Shown in pieces: positions 9,480-19,283 of a stretch of 64,000 nt of DNA. The position numbers and the translations under genes were made by a program. Origin of the DNA: Candidatus Falkowbacteria bacterium (lineage in GTDB: Bacteria > Patescibacteriota > Patescibacteriia > Patescibacteriales > UBA12465); contig CP066698.1 in the NCBI GenBank assembly GCA_016432645.1, positions 133,062-197,061 on the forward strand. Direction: 5' to 3'. The stretch's first letter is position 1; every line of letters begins with the position of its first letter. The notes under the pieces were generated by a model. That model saw only the letters and a program-made list of their open reading frames with translations. It searched no databases and was not told where the DNA came from.

Positions 9480-9769
9480 TTTTCTTCTTTTTTAATTATT
9501 TACAATAAGGCCATTTTTTATGTTAATGTTCGAATTAAATTAACGTACTTCAAAATTACCACAAGTCCTTAAAATAATCAATAGGGATTGATATTGACAA
9601 AATCATTCATAAAGTGTATAAAGAAGGATACTTTATTTTAAGTAAATAAAAGCTCCTTTACAATTAAATCTAAGCCTAAACACAGATTTATTGACGGTTT
9701 CAGGCCTTGATGGTAATATTTATCACAGAAATATTAGAAAAATTTTTAAAAACCAAAAAAATACTAAAG

Positions 9770-10960
9770 ATGAAAAACGAATTATTAAAAATTTTAGACC
9801 GAGGGATTGTTGTGCAAATCCTGCCCTCCAAAGACGAGTTTGTGGAAGCAATGTTGAGCCGAAAGATGCGCTTCTATATTGGCGCCGATCCAACCTCAAC
9901 CGCTCTCCATTTAAGCCACGCCAAGAACTATATGTTGTTGGAAGAGTTTCGTAAATTGGGACATGAAGTTATTGTCTTGATTGGTGATTTTACAGCCCGT
10001 ATTGGAGATCCTACCGAAAGAGCAACTACCAGAAAACAATTGACCAGAGAAGAAATTTTGGTCAACGTTACCAGCTGGGTAGAACAAATTAAGCCATTAA
10101 TGGATTTTAACGCCACAGTTAACCCGCCGAAAATCATGTTCAATCATGATTGGCTGTCCAAGTTAACCATGGAAGAAGTAGTCAAATTGGCTTCTAACGT
10201 GACTGTCCAACAAATGTTGGAACGCGACATGTTTGAAAAAAGGATGAACGAAAATCGTCCCATCTTCTTACATGAATTTTTATATCCTTTAATGCAAGGC
10301 TATGATAGCGTTGCTATGGATGTGGATGTTGAAATGTGTGGAACTGATCAGATTTTTAATGCGCTGATGGGTCGGACTTTACTCAAGAAATTGAGCAATA
10401 AAGACAAATTTGTCGTCGCCGTTAATCTGATGGAAAATCCTAAAACCAAGGAACTGATGTCTAAAAGTAGAGGAACTGGAATTTTTCTTAATTTCTCCGC
10501 CGAGGATATGTTTGCCGGTATTATGGCTCAGCCTGATGAAATGATTAAAGTTTTTTTGGTTAACAACACCAGAATCTCGCTCGCCGAAATTGACGAAATC
10601 CTGCAAGCCAAAAATCCGCGTGATGCTAAAATGAGAGCCGCCTTTGAGGTGACTAAAATTTTTCATGGGGAAGAAAAAGCAAAATTAGCCCAAGAAGTTT
10701 TTATTACTAAATTTCAGAAAAAGGAAGTTCCTGAAGATTTGGAAATTATTAAGTTCGGAGTTACCGGGATTTCTCTTTTTGACATCGTCAAAAAATCTCT
10801 GCCGGAGATGAGCAATAGTGAAATTAGGAGATTATTTGCTCAGGGTGGCATTAAAGTCAATTCTGAAACAAAAACAACACCTGAAGAAACTGCTTTTTTC
10901 CCCGAAGAAGGCTTAACTGTAAAAGTCGGAAAGAAGAAATGGTTTAAAGCAATGATTTAA
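9770..10960 (+). CDS. tyrS: Tyrosine--tRNA ligase
   Basis: GADPT, HLSH (HIGH), YPLMQGYD, GTDQ, LMSKS (KMSKS), C-terminal S4-like VGKKK; ATG 9770. Confidence 0.95.
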   Translation: MKNELLKILDRGIVVQILPSKDEFVEAMLSRKMRFYIGADPTSTALHLSHAKNYMLLEEFRKLGHEVIVLIGDFTARIGDPTERATTRKQLTREEILVNVTSWVEQIKPLMDFNATVNPPKIMFNHDWLSKLTMEEVVKLASNVTVQQMLERDMFEKRMNENRPIFLHEFLYPLMQGYDSVAMDVDVEMCGTDQIFNALMGRTLLKKLSNKDKFVVAVNLMENPKTKELMSKSRGTGIFLNFSAEDMFAGIMAQPDEMIKVFLVNNTRISLAEIDEILQAKNPRDAKMRAAFEVTKIFHGEEKAKLAQEVFITKFQKKEVPEDLEIIKFGVTGISLFDIVKKSLPEMSNSEIRRLFAQGGIKVNSETKTTPEETAFFPEEGLTVKVGKKKWFKAMI

Positions 10961-10982
10961 ACAACTTTCAAAAAAGAGGTCA

Positions 10983-11018
10983 AAAGCCCGTTCTAATTTA
11001 GTTTAGAGCGGGCTTTTT
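10983..11018. terminator. Bidirectional terminator
   Basis: aaaagcccgttctaa/ttagagcgggctttt hairpin between convergent genes. Confidence 0.8.
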
Positions 11019-11039
11019 AAAAAATAAGACTCAAACAAT

Positions 11040-11495
11040 CTATAAATCTTTACCAATAATTAAAATACCTTTTTCTCGCTTGATGATTTGATAGCCGATT
11101 TTTTTATAAAATTCTTTGGCTGGGTTGTTGTTAAAGACGCTGGCTATCATTCTTTTAGTACCGGCTTTTTTTTCGGCAGCTTCTATTTTTTCCATTAGGA
11201 TTTTCCCCAACCCCTTGCCATGCAAAGGCCGTGATAACTGAATATTATGCAGATAAGATTCCTGGCCCCGGTTTTCCACGTCAAAGAAGCCCGCCCGGCG
11301 ATTATTCTTAATTATCATTTTCAGGCGCTTCAGATTAAGATTTGCCTTGAACCTTGAGCCGTCCCAACCGCCCCAAATTTCTTTAGTATATTCTTCCATG
11401 TTGCGCCGGCTTAAGTCGCAGACAAAGCGTAAATCAGCCTGAGTGCCGCGTCTTATTTTTATGTCGGTGTTTAATTTTGTTTTTATATTAGACAT
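11040..11495 (-). CDS. GNAT acetyltransferase
   Basis: HGKGLGK AcCoA motif and NPAKEFYKKIGY. Confidence 0.9.
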   Translation of the reverse strand: MSNIKTKLNTDIKIRRGTQADLRFVCDLSRRNMEEYTKEIWGGWDGSRFKANLNLKRLKMIIKNNRRAGFFDVENRGQESYLHNIQLSRPLHGKGLGKILMEKIEAAEKKAGTKRMIASVFNNNPAKEFYKKIGYQIIKREKGILIIGKDL

Positions 11496-11557
11496 GTTAT
11501 TATTTTAACATAAATTACTATATGCTTAAAGTTGCCGTCGGGTCTTCAGATTATATA

Positions 11558-11626
11558 TATTGACGAAAACAATGCCTCTATGGTATTATTTTTTATTACT
11601 TTAAAAACTGAATATTAACCATAAAA
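11558..11626 (+). promoter_or_regulatory. Promoter/leader repeat family 2, copy A
   Basis: TTGACG-18nt-TATTAT; closely similar to 15916-15990. Confidence 0.8.
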
Positions 11627-11636
11627 ACACCACAAA

Positions 11637-13292
11637 ATGAAAAACCAAAAACCTGTCAGTAATGATTTTTTAAGTGCCTGTTTGGCAAAAAATTATTCAA
11701 GCGCCGAAATTAAAGTAGCTTTTAAAAGCCTTGAAGCTCGGGATGATGAAAAGTTTCTTCGTTATTTTTTGGATTGTCAAAAATCTAAGAGCTCTAAAGT
11801 GCGCGAATTAGCTTGGGAGCTGGCGATTGATGAAATCAAAAAAGATGTGCTCTGGCAAAATTTTGCTTTTCTGATTGAATGTGAGCATTCGGAAAATGTT
11901 CGCATTGCGAAGTTGGCCGACACTCTTCTTTATCAAGCGATGCAGCATAAGGATCGCAAATATCGTCTGGATAAAATTGATTATTTAATCGCTTGCTATC
12001 GGTCGTCAGATGAGCAAAAACGAGAGCGAGTTGATTATTTGGTTAATGATATCGATTATGCCTTGTATTATCCTCATCTCGATTCTTTAGTAGCTTGGTC
12101 TAATGACGAAAATGTTAACGTCCGTGCCTTCGCTCGTGAAAAAGCTATCGGAGCCTTGGGACAACATTTTGTAAAAAATGAAGAATTGGGATTGCGCTTT
12201 GAGTTCATTATGAGCTGTGCTCTTTCAGACGACGATAAATTTGGCCGCGCCAAAGAGCTAAGCTTTAGCGCCATGTATTTTTGGCCGGTGGAAAAAGTTA
12301 AGCCTCATTTTGCTTATTTGTTGGCTTGCCGAGATCGTATTCATGGTTGGCCTATGGCTGACTCGATGAGACCGGCGATGCGTGTCATCGCCATTTTATC
12401 TGCCGATGAACAAAAAGCTTATTTGCCCTATTTGTTAGAGTGTTGGCATTTTAATAGCGATGTGGAGATGACTCTGAAACTTATCATTAAGATTATTGCT
12501 CCTTTGCCAACCGCCCAATTAGCGGAATACATTGACGTGCTGATTGCTTGCCAAAATTTTTCCAAATTACAGTCGCAGGCCAAACGCTTAGCTTTGTCTA
12601 TTAAAGTTGAAGAATTAGCAGTTTGGGAGCAGAAACTGGATGCAATTATTGAAGAACTTTCCAATTTATCCGGCTACCATTTTTCTTTTTTGACCCTGCA
12701 GTTAAAAATGAAATTACTGGCCTCGCTGAACTCTAAGGATTTATCAAATCAAATCCGCTACATTTTTGCTTGCCATAACCATGCAGATTCGTACATTCAA
12801 GCGCAAGCTAAAAAGTTGGCTCGTTCCATTAAAGCACGAGATTTAAAGGGGCAGGCAGCAAAAATAGCCCAGAGAGCTTTTTCTTCTCAAGTTAATGAAT
12901 TTAATCTGCGGCATATGAGCCTAGCTCTATGCTTCAAAATTAAGACCGATGAATTGTTGCTTGATTTGCGAAAGCTGGTTGATGATCATTGCGATCCGGA
13001 TAAATACAATTTCTTGAAAGAGCTGGCTTTCCGCATTAAGCCGAATAAATTTAATCCGGGAAAAATGTTTGAACTTAACGGTTATTTCGGACTCAATTAT
13101 TTGCTGGCTTTAAGAGCAATTATGTATTGGGATGCCAAAAAGTTGAAACGTTACTCAGACAAGATTTTTACTTGTCGTTTTAACAACAATCCTGACATCA
13201 AGGTTTTGGCCAATCGCTTGTACGACCGAATTCAAAGAGCTAAATTTAACCCTGAGCGGATAGCAGCTGTCAAAAATTTGGCGGTTGCCTAA
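11637..13292 (+). CDS. Alpha-solenoid (HEAT-like) repeat protein
   Basis: Recurrent about 35-aa units Y/F-L-x-x-C-x-x-S...V-R/K-x-L-A; terminator 13324-13356. Confidence 0.65.
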   Translation: MKNQKPVSNDFLSACLAKNYSSAEIKVAFKSLEARDDEKFLRYFLDCQKSKSSKVRELAWELAIDEIKKDVLWQNFAFLIECEHSENVRIAKLADTLLYQAMQHKDRKYRLDKIDYLIACYRSSDEQKRERVDYLVNDIDYALYYPHLDSLVAWSNDENVNVRAFAREKAIGALGQHFVKNEELGLRFEFIMSCALSDDDKFGRAKELSFSAMYFWPVEKVKPHFAYLLACRDRIHGWPMADSMRPAMRVIAILSADEQKAYLPYLLECWHFNSDVEMTLKLIIKIIAPLPTAQLAEYIDVLIACQNFSKLQSQAKRLALSIKVEELAVWEQKLDAIIEELSNLSGYHFSFLTLQLKMKLLASLNSKDLSNQIRYIFACHNHADSYIQAQAKKLARSIKARDLKGQAAKIAQRAFSSQVNEFNLRHMSLALCFKIKTDELLLDLRKLVDDHCDPDKYNFLKELAFRIKPNKFNPGKMFELNGYFGLNYLLALRAIMYWDAKKLKRYSDKIFTCRFNNNPDIKVLANRLYDRIQRAKFNPERIAAVKNLAVA

Positions 13293-13404
13293 ACTATTTT
13301 GGTTAAAATCACCTTTTCAATAACCCCGAGACTAGTTAGTTTCGGGGTTTCTTTTTTTCTAGGATTATAATAAAATAAATAGCAATAGGGTATAAATAAA
13401 ACAT

Positions 13405-15897
13405 ATGAGCATTGAAAAACACAATTTTGTTAACCAAGAGTCCATTAAGACTAAAGACCGGGAAAATCCCTCTGAGAAGTCTTTGGAGTTTAAGGCCCCT
13501 GAAACGGAGCAAATAAGTCCTGAGCAAGTGAAACAGATTAAACTGGAAGAGGCGTCTCAAATTGCTAAAATACAGGATGAAATTTCCAGTTTTAATAAGG
13601 TTCCGGAAACTCCTCGGTCAGCTATTATGCCAAGAAGACCTCAGGGTCTTTTAAATAGCTTGGCAAAGAATAAATTCATGAGCAAAGTCATGCTAGGTCT
13701 TGGTTTTGCGTCCACGATGGGGCAGAAACTTGAAGCTAGCGAACCTAAAATTGACGATAAACAAAAAATAACGGCCGATGCTGTTCAACAGCCAGGCGAA
13801 CGCATCCCTACTATGGGGGAGATAGATAGGGATAAATATTATAATTGGCAATGGAAAGTGGAGAATAACGAGCCGGTCAGTCCTGAAGATATGCCTGATT
13901 TTGAGCCTGGTTATGAAATACCAATGAGAGATTTTTCCGGGTATGGCTATACTCATAAAGATTTAATGTGGAATAAGTTGCCGACACTTGATTTTTCTGA
14001 GAGAGGCTTTGAAAATATGAGTGCCCGAGAAAAAGCGGCCTTGTTTGTCGAAAGCTACTTACCTTATAAACAGGGAAGAATACCAGAGATAAATCCCGAG
14101 TTGTTAAATTTAGACAAAAAATCAGCAACAGAAGTTGCTAAAGAAAGTTTAGCTAAAGGTATTTTGACTTCTCAAGAAGGCTTCATGCCGAAAGTCAAAG
14201 GACATGAAGTGTTATATGATGCCGCTGGGAAAGTTTTGCGCAAATATGCTAAAAATGATGAGAAGGTAATAAACGGCGAACTGCCGCATCAAGAAAGTAT
14301 TGACGCTAAAGCCTATAAGAATACTTTATATGATTTGAATTTATTGGATAAGCGAACGGAATTAGTGATTGATCCTAAAATTGCTATCCATTGGAAAACA
14401 TTTGGCCGCTTGCCTAAATATGCCGATATGAATAACTTGGGCGTTTTAAAGAATCAGGCCATTAACGGGCGAGAAGCAAAACAAGGTTTGAGTCTAGATG
14501 AAATAAGATGTTTGCCGCAATGGCTAAAGGATAAGGCGGGAATCACTGGGGAGCTTAAACAGGATATTCCATTGATGTGGGACGGCATGCCATTAGATCA
14601 ACGCACTGGTTCCGGTACCGGTCTTTTTAGTTCGGTGTGTGCCGGGCTTGGTCTTGATTACGAACATAGTTCTCGAGAAGAAATAGATAAAAAAGAGGCG
14701 GAAGTTATAAAGTTTATACAAGATGAAATAGCCAAAGGCGCTAAGTATATTACCTGCACTTATCCGATTAACCAACGCGGGGGCTATAACCAAAATAAAG
14801 ATTTAGATTTGGAATATAAAAAGTATCCAGAAAATCCCGATTATCGTCCGCAAATTAAGTCTCTGGTTGAGAAAATAAAATCGGGAAAATATCCGACTAT
14901 TTTTAAACTCGACGAAACGCCGCTAGAAAAAATGATGGACAGAGTTCCTTCGCTTTTTAGCGGTTTATATGAAGGCTCGGAAGTTATTCCTTTCAGCGAA
15001 AAGGGGAAAACCTTACAAGACTTCGCCAGTAAAGATAAATTGACAGCGGAAGATATGAAATTTATTAATACTGAAATGTTAAAAGCGGACGTTTTGGAAA
15101 GCGATTATAAAGTTAGAGACGAGCTCGTCGCTTATATGAAGGATCCGCGTTTTGTTACCAAGTTAATTGCCCGTCATCAAGGAGAGGAATATTTAGATTC
15201 CATTACTCCAAAATTTGGCAATGACCCGAAATGGGATGAATATAAAAAAGTCCTAGAAAATTATGCTTTCTTGCGTGATAGGCAAATTGAGCAATTATCG
15301 CGTAGCCCTATCGGCAAGGTAGTCGGTAATTATAGATTGGGAGTTCCTTTGGATGCGGCGATGTCTATTCCGATTGAGCCTTTGCATTTCGTTACGGATG
15401 TCGGTCGTTTGACCGAAACCAATTTGGCTAATTTGTCAGCCAGAACTTCCGGTTTGGTGCCGGAAGTGGCCGCTGGGCATGAAATGCAACATGTACTGCA
15501 ACACGCTTACCCCACTGACAACGCGCTCGGGGCTAACATGGAAGCCTATGAAAATACTTTAACCAAATTTTTAGAGGGGTATAAAAAGGAAGATTTCAAT
15601 GCCTATTATTCCAGCGAGGGCGGCGGCTCGGTCAAAGAATTCGACGCCGATTTGATACAGTTCAAATATAATTTAGCTAACGATTTAACAAGCGTAAAAA
15701 ATAGAGAATTTGTCAAAGCAATGATTGCGACGCCGACTCCCGCTGAGATTGATACTTATTTAAAGAAAGTCAGTACGGAGTGGCAGGAAAAAAGAGTGGC
15801 TATGGATCCGGCGGTGGAGCGGATTATGCAAATTTGGGAAAACTCTACTCCGGCGCAAAAGAAGCAATTACTAAAAATCATGGACGTTTATGTTTAA
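13405..15897 (+). CDS. 830-aa hypothetical protein with HExxH zincin-like motif
   Basis: GHEMQH at 15475-15492, later KEFDA; disordered N-terminus then short hydrophobic stretch. Confidence 0.7.
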   Translation: MSIEKHNFVNQESIKTKDRENPSEKSLEFKAPETEQISPEQVKQIKLEEASQIAKIQDEISSFNKVPETPRSAIMPRRPQGLLNSLAKNKFMSKVMLGLGFASTMGQKLEASEPKIDDKQKITADAVQQPGERIPTMGEIDRDKYYNWQWKVENNEPVSPEDMPDFEPGYEIPMRDFSGYGYTHKDLMWNKLPTLDFSERGFENMSAREKAALFVESYLPYKQGRIPEINPELLNLDKKSATEVAKESLAKGILTSQEGFMPKVKGHEVLYDAAGKVLRKYAKNDEKVINGELPHQESIDAKAYKNTLYDLNLLDKRTELVIDPKIAIHWKTFGRLPKYADMNNLGVLKNQAINGREAKQGLSLDEIRCLPQWLKDKAGITGELKQDIPLMWDGMPLDQRTGSGTGLFSSVCAGLGLDYEHSSREEIDKKEAEVIKFIQDEIAKGAKYITCTYPINQRGGYNQNKDLDLEYKKYPENPDYRPQIKSLVEKIKSGKYPTIFKLDETPLEKMMDRVPSLFSGLYEGSEVIPFSEKGKTLQDFASKDKLTAEDMKFINTEMLKADVLESDYKVRDELVAYMKDPRFVTKLIARHQGEEYLDSITPKFGNDPKWDEYKKVLENYAFLRDRQIEQLSRSPIGKVVGNYRLGVPLDAAMSIPIEPLHFVTDVGRLTETNLANLSARTSGLVPEVAAGHEMQHVLQHAYPTDNALGANMEAYENTLTKFLEGYKKEDFNAYYSSEGGGSVKEFDADLIQFKYNLANDLTSVKNREFVKAMIATPTPAEIDTYLKKVSTEWQEKRVAMDPAVERIMQIWENSTPAQKKQLLKIMDVYV

Positions 15898-15915
15898 ATA
15901 ATGACTGAATTACTG

Positions 15916-15990
15916 TATTGACGAAAACAATACCTCGTGGTATTGTTTTTTATTACCTTAAAAATTAAATATTTAGTATTAACCATAAAA
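15916..15990 (+). promoter_or_regulatory. Promoter/leader repeat family 2, copy B, with 11-bp palindrome
   Basis: TTGACG-17nt-TATTGT; aaaacaatacc/ggtattgtttt hairpin followed by T-run. Confidence 0.8.
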
Positions 15991-16000
15991 TTAGTGAAAA

Positions 16001-16723
16001 ATGAAAAAAATCATTATTGTTCAATCCAACCCCGAAGTTTTGAAGATGGTGCGCGAGAAAATGCGGACAGTTTTCCCGGAATTAAATGAGGTTATTTCTT
16101 ATCAACGCGATTTTGAAAATACTCTCAATGAAATCCCGACAGACTGCGAGCTGGTGGTTATTACCAGCGATCAGTTCCACGATGAGCGCAATGTAAAATT
16201 TTCTGAACAGGAAAAAGACGGTTCTAAGCTGGCGGAAGAAATCAAAAAGATTAATCCTGCGGCTAAAGTTTATGTGTTTTCCATGTATGATCCTCGACCG
16301 GAGCACATTGATGGTTTTTATAAGAAGAGCTGGGGCAGCAACAACACCCTTGAGGAAATTGTGGCTATCTTCTTGTCTCTCGGTCTTGATAAGGAGTCTC
16401 CTGAGCCGGAAAAGAAAGATGAAAGAGTCATCAGGGTTGATGAAATCAACGAAGAGGATTTGGCATTTATTTGCCATCTGGTTGGGCTGGCTTATACGCG
16501 TTTTGAAAATCTGGGCGAATGTTTTCAGGTCTATTTTAACAAGGATGGCCAAGAATCAGCCGATCGCTGTTTGGTTATACATGAGGATGGTAGAATATTT
16601 ATTTGCGTGGATTTACCCGCAGACAACATTATCATCAATACCGTTCCAGTTGTCCTTTACCTGCAAGCCCGCGGCTTGGTTGTTTCTGAAGCTACTATTT
16701 ATCAGAGAATGCATATCATTTAA
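16001..16723 (+). CDS. Degenerate receiver (REC)-like domain protein
   Basis: KKIIIV..., DGSKLAEEIKKINP-x3-VYVFS REC pattern; acidic pocket not canonical. Confidence 0.6.
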   Translation: MKKIIIVQSNPEVLKMVREKMRTVFPELNEVISYQRDFENTLNEIPTDCELVVITSDQFHDERNVKFSEQEKDGSKLAEEIKKINPAAKVYVFSMYDPRPEHIDGFYKKSWGSNNTLEEIVAIFLSLGLDKESPEPEKKDERVIRVDEINEEDLAFICHLVGLAYTRFENLGECFQVYFNKDGQESADRCLVIHEDGRIFICVDLPADNIIINTVPVVLYLQARGLVVSEATIYQRMHII

Positions 16724-16850
16724 TGGTTATCAAAAATTAAAATTATTAAAGACAAAAAGCTGCTTATCAAAAAAGCAGCTTTTTAATTTAGCAATTTTTA
16801 TTTATGACAATAAATTTACAAAATACTTAAAAATATGATATTTTTATAAT

Positions 16851-17285
16851 ATGTTATATCACGACTATTTAAAAAAACTTAAAGCTTGCCCATTTTGCCG
16901 AGCAAATAAACGCATGTTGGTTTCTAATAAGCATGCTTATTTAACTTACACCAAAGCCCCTTACCACCCCCATCATTTATTAGTCATTCCTAAGCGGCAT
17001 ATAGTTTCTTTTTTCAACCTGAGCGCTCAGGAGACTGAAGCCATTGATGCTTTGGTAAAAATTGGCGCTCAAATATTAAAAAAGTTAAAGCACGACAGCT
17101 TTTCCATTTTAGTTAGAGAGGGACCGGATTCTGATAAGAGTATTAAGCATCTACATTACCATTTAATACCAGATATACGTATTGGCGATGTTGATAGCCA
17201 CGGGATTCCGCGAAAAATATTGTCGCCAGCGGAAATTAAAAAAATATCCGCTAAGATTATTTCGTTGGCCAAAAAAATAAAATAA
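16851..17285 (+). CDS. HIT family hydrolase
   Basis: CPFC, HLLVIPKRH and HLHYH triad. Confidence 0.92.
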   Translation: MLYHDYLKKLKACPFCRANKRMLVSNKHAYLTYTKAPYHPHHLLVIPKRHIVSFFNLSAQETEAIDALVKIGAQILKKLKHDSFSILVREGPDSDKSIKHLHYHLIPDIRIGDVDSHGIPRKILSPAEIKKISAKIISLAKKIK

Positions 17286-17432
17286 AAAATATAACTTTTA
17301 AATTAAGATAAAAATAGGCTTAGACCAGCCTATTTTTTGTTATATAATTGACAAAAATTGATACTTTATGTTAATATCTGGAGTTGTTTTAGAACTTTAA
17401 AAATTAATATTCACCAATAAAAATTGTTTAAA

Positions 17433-18338
17433 ATGGAAGCAAAAAAACCTTTATCTCGTTTAATTTTGATTGCCGGTCTATGTTTAATGATTACAATCAT
17501 TATTTATCTGTTTTCTTTGGGGGAACAGATTGTCCCTCAATTCTCTCAGGAGAGTATCACGAGAATTACGACCTTTTCTGAAGCTTCAATTGCTAAGGAA
17601 GTGTTGAATACGGAAATGGTCGAAGATTTTCCCGGAAGCTTGGTTTTTGCGGTCACCTGGCCGGAAGATAAAAAGGCGCTGACTGCCATTCCCGATCTCA
17701 AGGGCTTGTCTCAGGGTAAGGACAGTATTTGGAGTTTAATGAACCATTGTAACCTAACTCTGGTTAATGTTAACGGTACTGTTTACAGTGTTATGCCCAA
17801 GCGCATGCGTGGCGAAAATTTAGATTTAGAAGATGCCTTAAAGCAGAATAAGTTTGAAATTTTTGCTAAAGGAGATTTAATCATGTTTGCCACCGATGAC
17901 TTTGAACAAACTCCAATTTCTCACCCGTTGTTGGAAAAAGTTAATCCTAATTTGGATGATTCTCCTTGCACAGTTAAGTTGCTTAATTGTTTCCAAGGGG
18001 ATAAAAAGGTCTATCGCTACACCATCAGAGGAACCGTCCATTATCTTAATCCGCATGATCAAGAACTTATTCAGCGTTCTGCTCGTTATCCTTATGGCGG
18101 CGCCGAAGAAACAGCCAGATCAAAATCAGGAATGTATGTTGTTCGTATCCCCAATATTATGTCTGAAGAAATAATCGGCATGTATGGCGGTTCGGCTGTG
18201 ATTACTTTTGAGAATCAGGAATATTTTCTTGGTTTAAATTCAATGATTATCATGTTGGCCGCAATAGACGGCGATGAAACAACTTACATTACTTTAATGG
18301 CGATTGAACCGGTATTGAAATCGGATTTTAACTTTTGA
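17433..18338 (+). CDS. Membrane-anchored hypothetical protein
   Basis: N-terminal TM; TTGACA promoter at 17348; C-terminal GMYGGSAV loosely protease-like. Confidence 0.7.
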   Translation: MEAKKPLSRLILIAGLCLMITIIIYLFSLGEQIVPQFSQESITRITTFSEASIAKEVLNTEMVEDFPGSLVFAVTWPEDKKALTAIPDLKGLSQGKDSIWSLMNHCNLTLVNVNGTVYSVMPKRMRGENLDLEDALKQNKFEIFAKGDLIMFATDDFEQTPISHPLLEKVNPNLDDSPCTVKLLNCFQGDKKVYRYTIRGTVHYLNPHDQELIQRSARYPYGGAEETARSKSGMYVVRIPNIMSEEIIGMYGGSAVITFENQEYFLGLNSMIIMLAAIDGDETTYITLMAIEPVLKSDFNF

Positions 18339-18425
18339 GATTTTTTCTAAATTGTTAAAAAGGCAAGTTATCCGCCTTAAGGATAACAAAAAACGGATTC
18401 CCAAAGAGTCCGTTTTTTCATTTTT

Positions 18426-19253
18426 TTAATTGGGATAAACTATAATCATCGCTTTTCGGTTGGTGTCCAAGTCGGCTCTGTTGATAGTGTGTCCGCCCTG
18501 AGGCGCATCATGAATTGCTTTGTATAGAACCTCGGCTTTGTAAACATAATTATGGCCTTTTCTGGTTCCATTGTCGTTCGTGATAAAGTCTCCATTTTCA
18601 GTTAAGCCTTTAATAACCAGCATATGATAAATCGGTCCCGGTTGTTTGAAGTTAGGATTGCCGAGCATTTGGCCGGAAGCGGGAATAATTACCGGTCGGC
18701 TAGCGAGAACTTCGGCTTTCAAGTCTGCTAGACTGAAATCATAGATAACCTCTACGCGCTTAAAGCCATAATATTCTTTTAAAATTCTAGCGGTTTCCGC
18801 CGCTGTCGTATCTTCGTAATAGCCAAAAGTTTTATTTTGCCAAGCGACTAAATCTAAAATTTCTTCTTTAGCGATTGCCGGTGTGAGCGTCGCTTTTTGG
18901 TAATATTTAGCGACCATTAAACTGGCGGTTTCTTCACAGGCATTTTGGTAGGGTTCGGACCAATCGCTGTATGGTGCTTGGGAAGAAAAGGGAACATCTA
19001 AATTTATTTCGGTTATTTTAATTTGAGGGGTGGAAGTTGCCACCCCTTTTTTTACAATTGGCGCTTCTTCTTTTTTTTCTACTTCCGTGGTTGTTGAGAT
19101 TGAAGTATTATTTGCCGTTGCTGTCATTGTTGATATTTCTTCGGCTGCCGGATTCTTAGATTTTTCATTAGTAAGTGAAGATTCCTTTTTAGAATAAAAT
19201 AAAAAGGCGCTCGCGGCAATTAAGATGATGATGATTAATAGCGTTTTTTTCAT
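18426..19253 (-). CDS. C39-like peptidase, membrane-anchored
   Basis: VPFSSQAP...NACEE, YHMLVIKG, TNDNGT motifs. Confidence 0.85.
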   Translation of the reverse strand: MKKTLLIIIILIAASAFLFYSKKESSLTNEKSKNPAAEEISTMTATANNTSISTTTEVEKKEEAPIVKKGVATSTPQIKITEINLDVPFSSQAPYSDWSEPYQNACEETASLMVAKYYQKATLTPAIAKEEILDLVAWQNKTFGYYEDTTAAETARILKEYYGFKRVEVIYDFSLADLKAEVLASRPVIIPASGQMLGNPNFKQPGPIYHMLVIKGLTENGDFITNDNGTRKGHNYVYKAEVLYKAIHDAPQGGHTINRADLDTNRKAMIIVYPN

Positions 19254-19283
19254 TTATTTCGTTTATGATATAATCTCTAGTAT

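Noticed and set aside
9348..9572. 74-aa plus-strand ORF in the track
   Set aside because: Promoter and terminator polarity favour the minus-strand 30-aa ORF.
9630..9769. T-box or pseudoknot riboswitch before tyrS
   Set aside because: No T-box GGTGGNACC consensus; the apparent pseudoknot strand lies in the spacer of a second consensus promoter.
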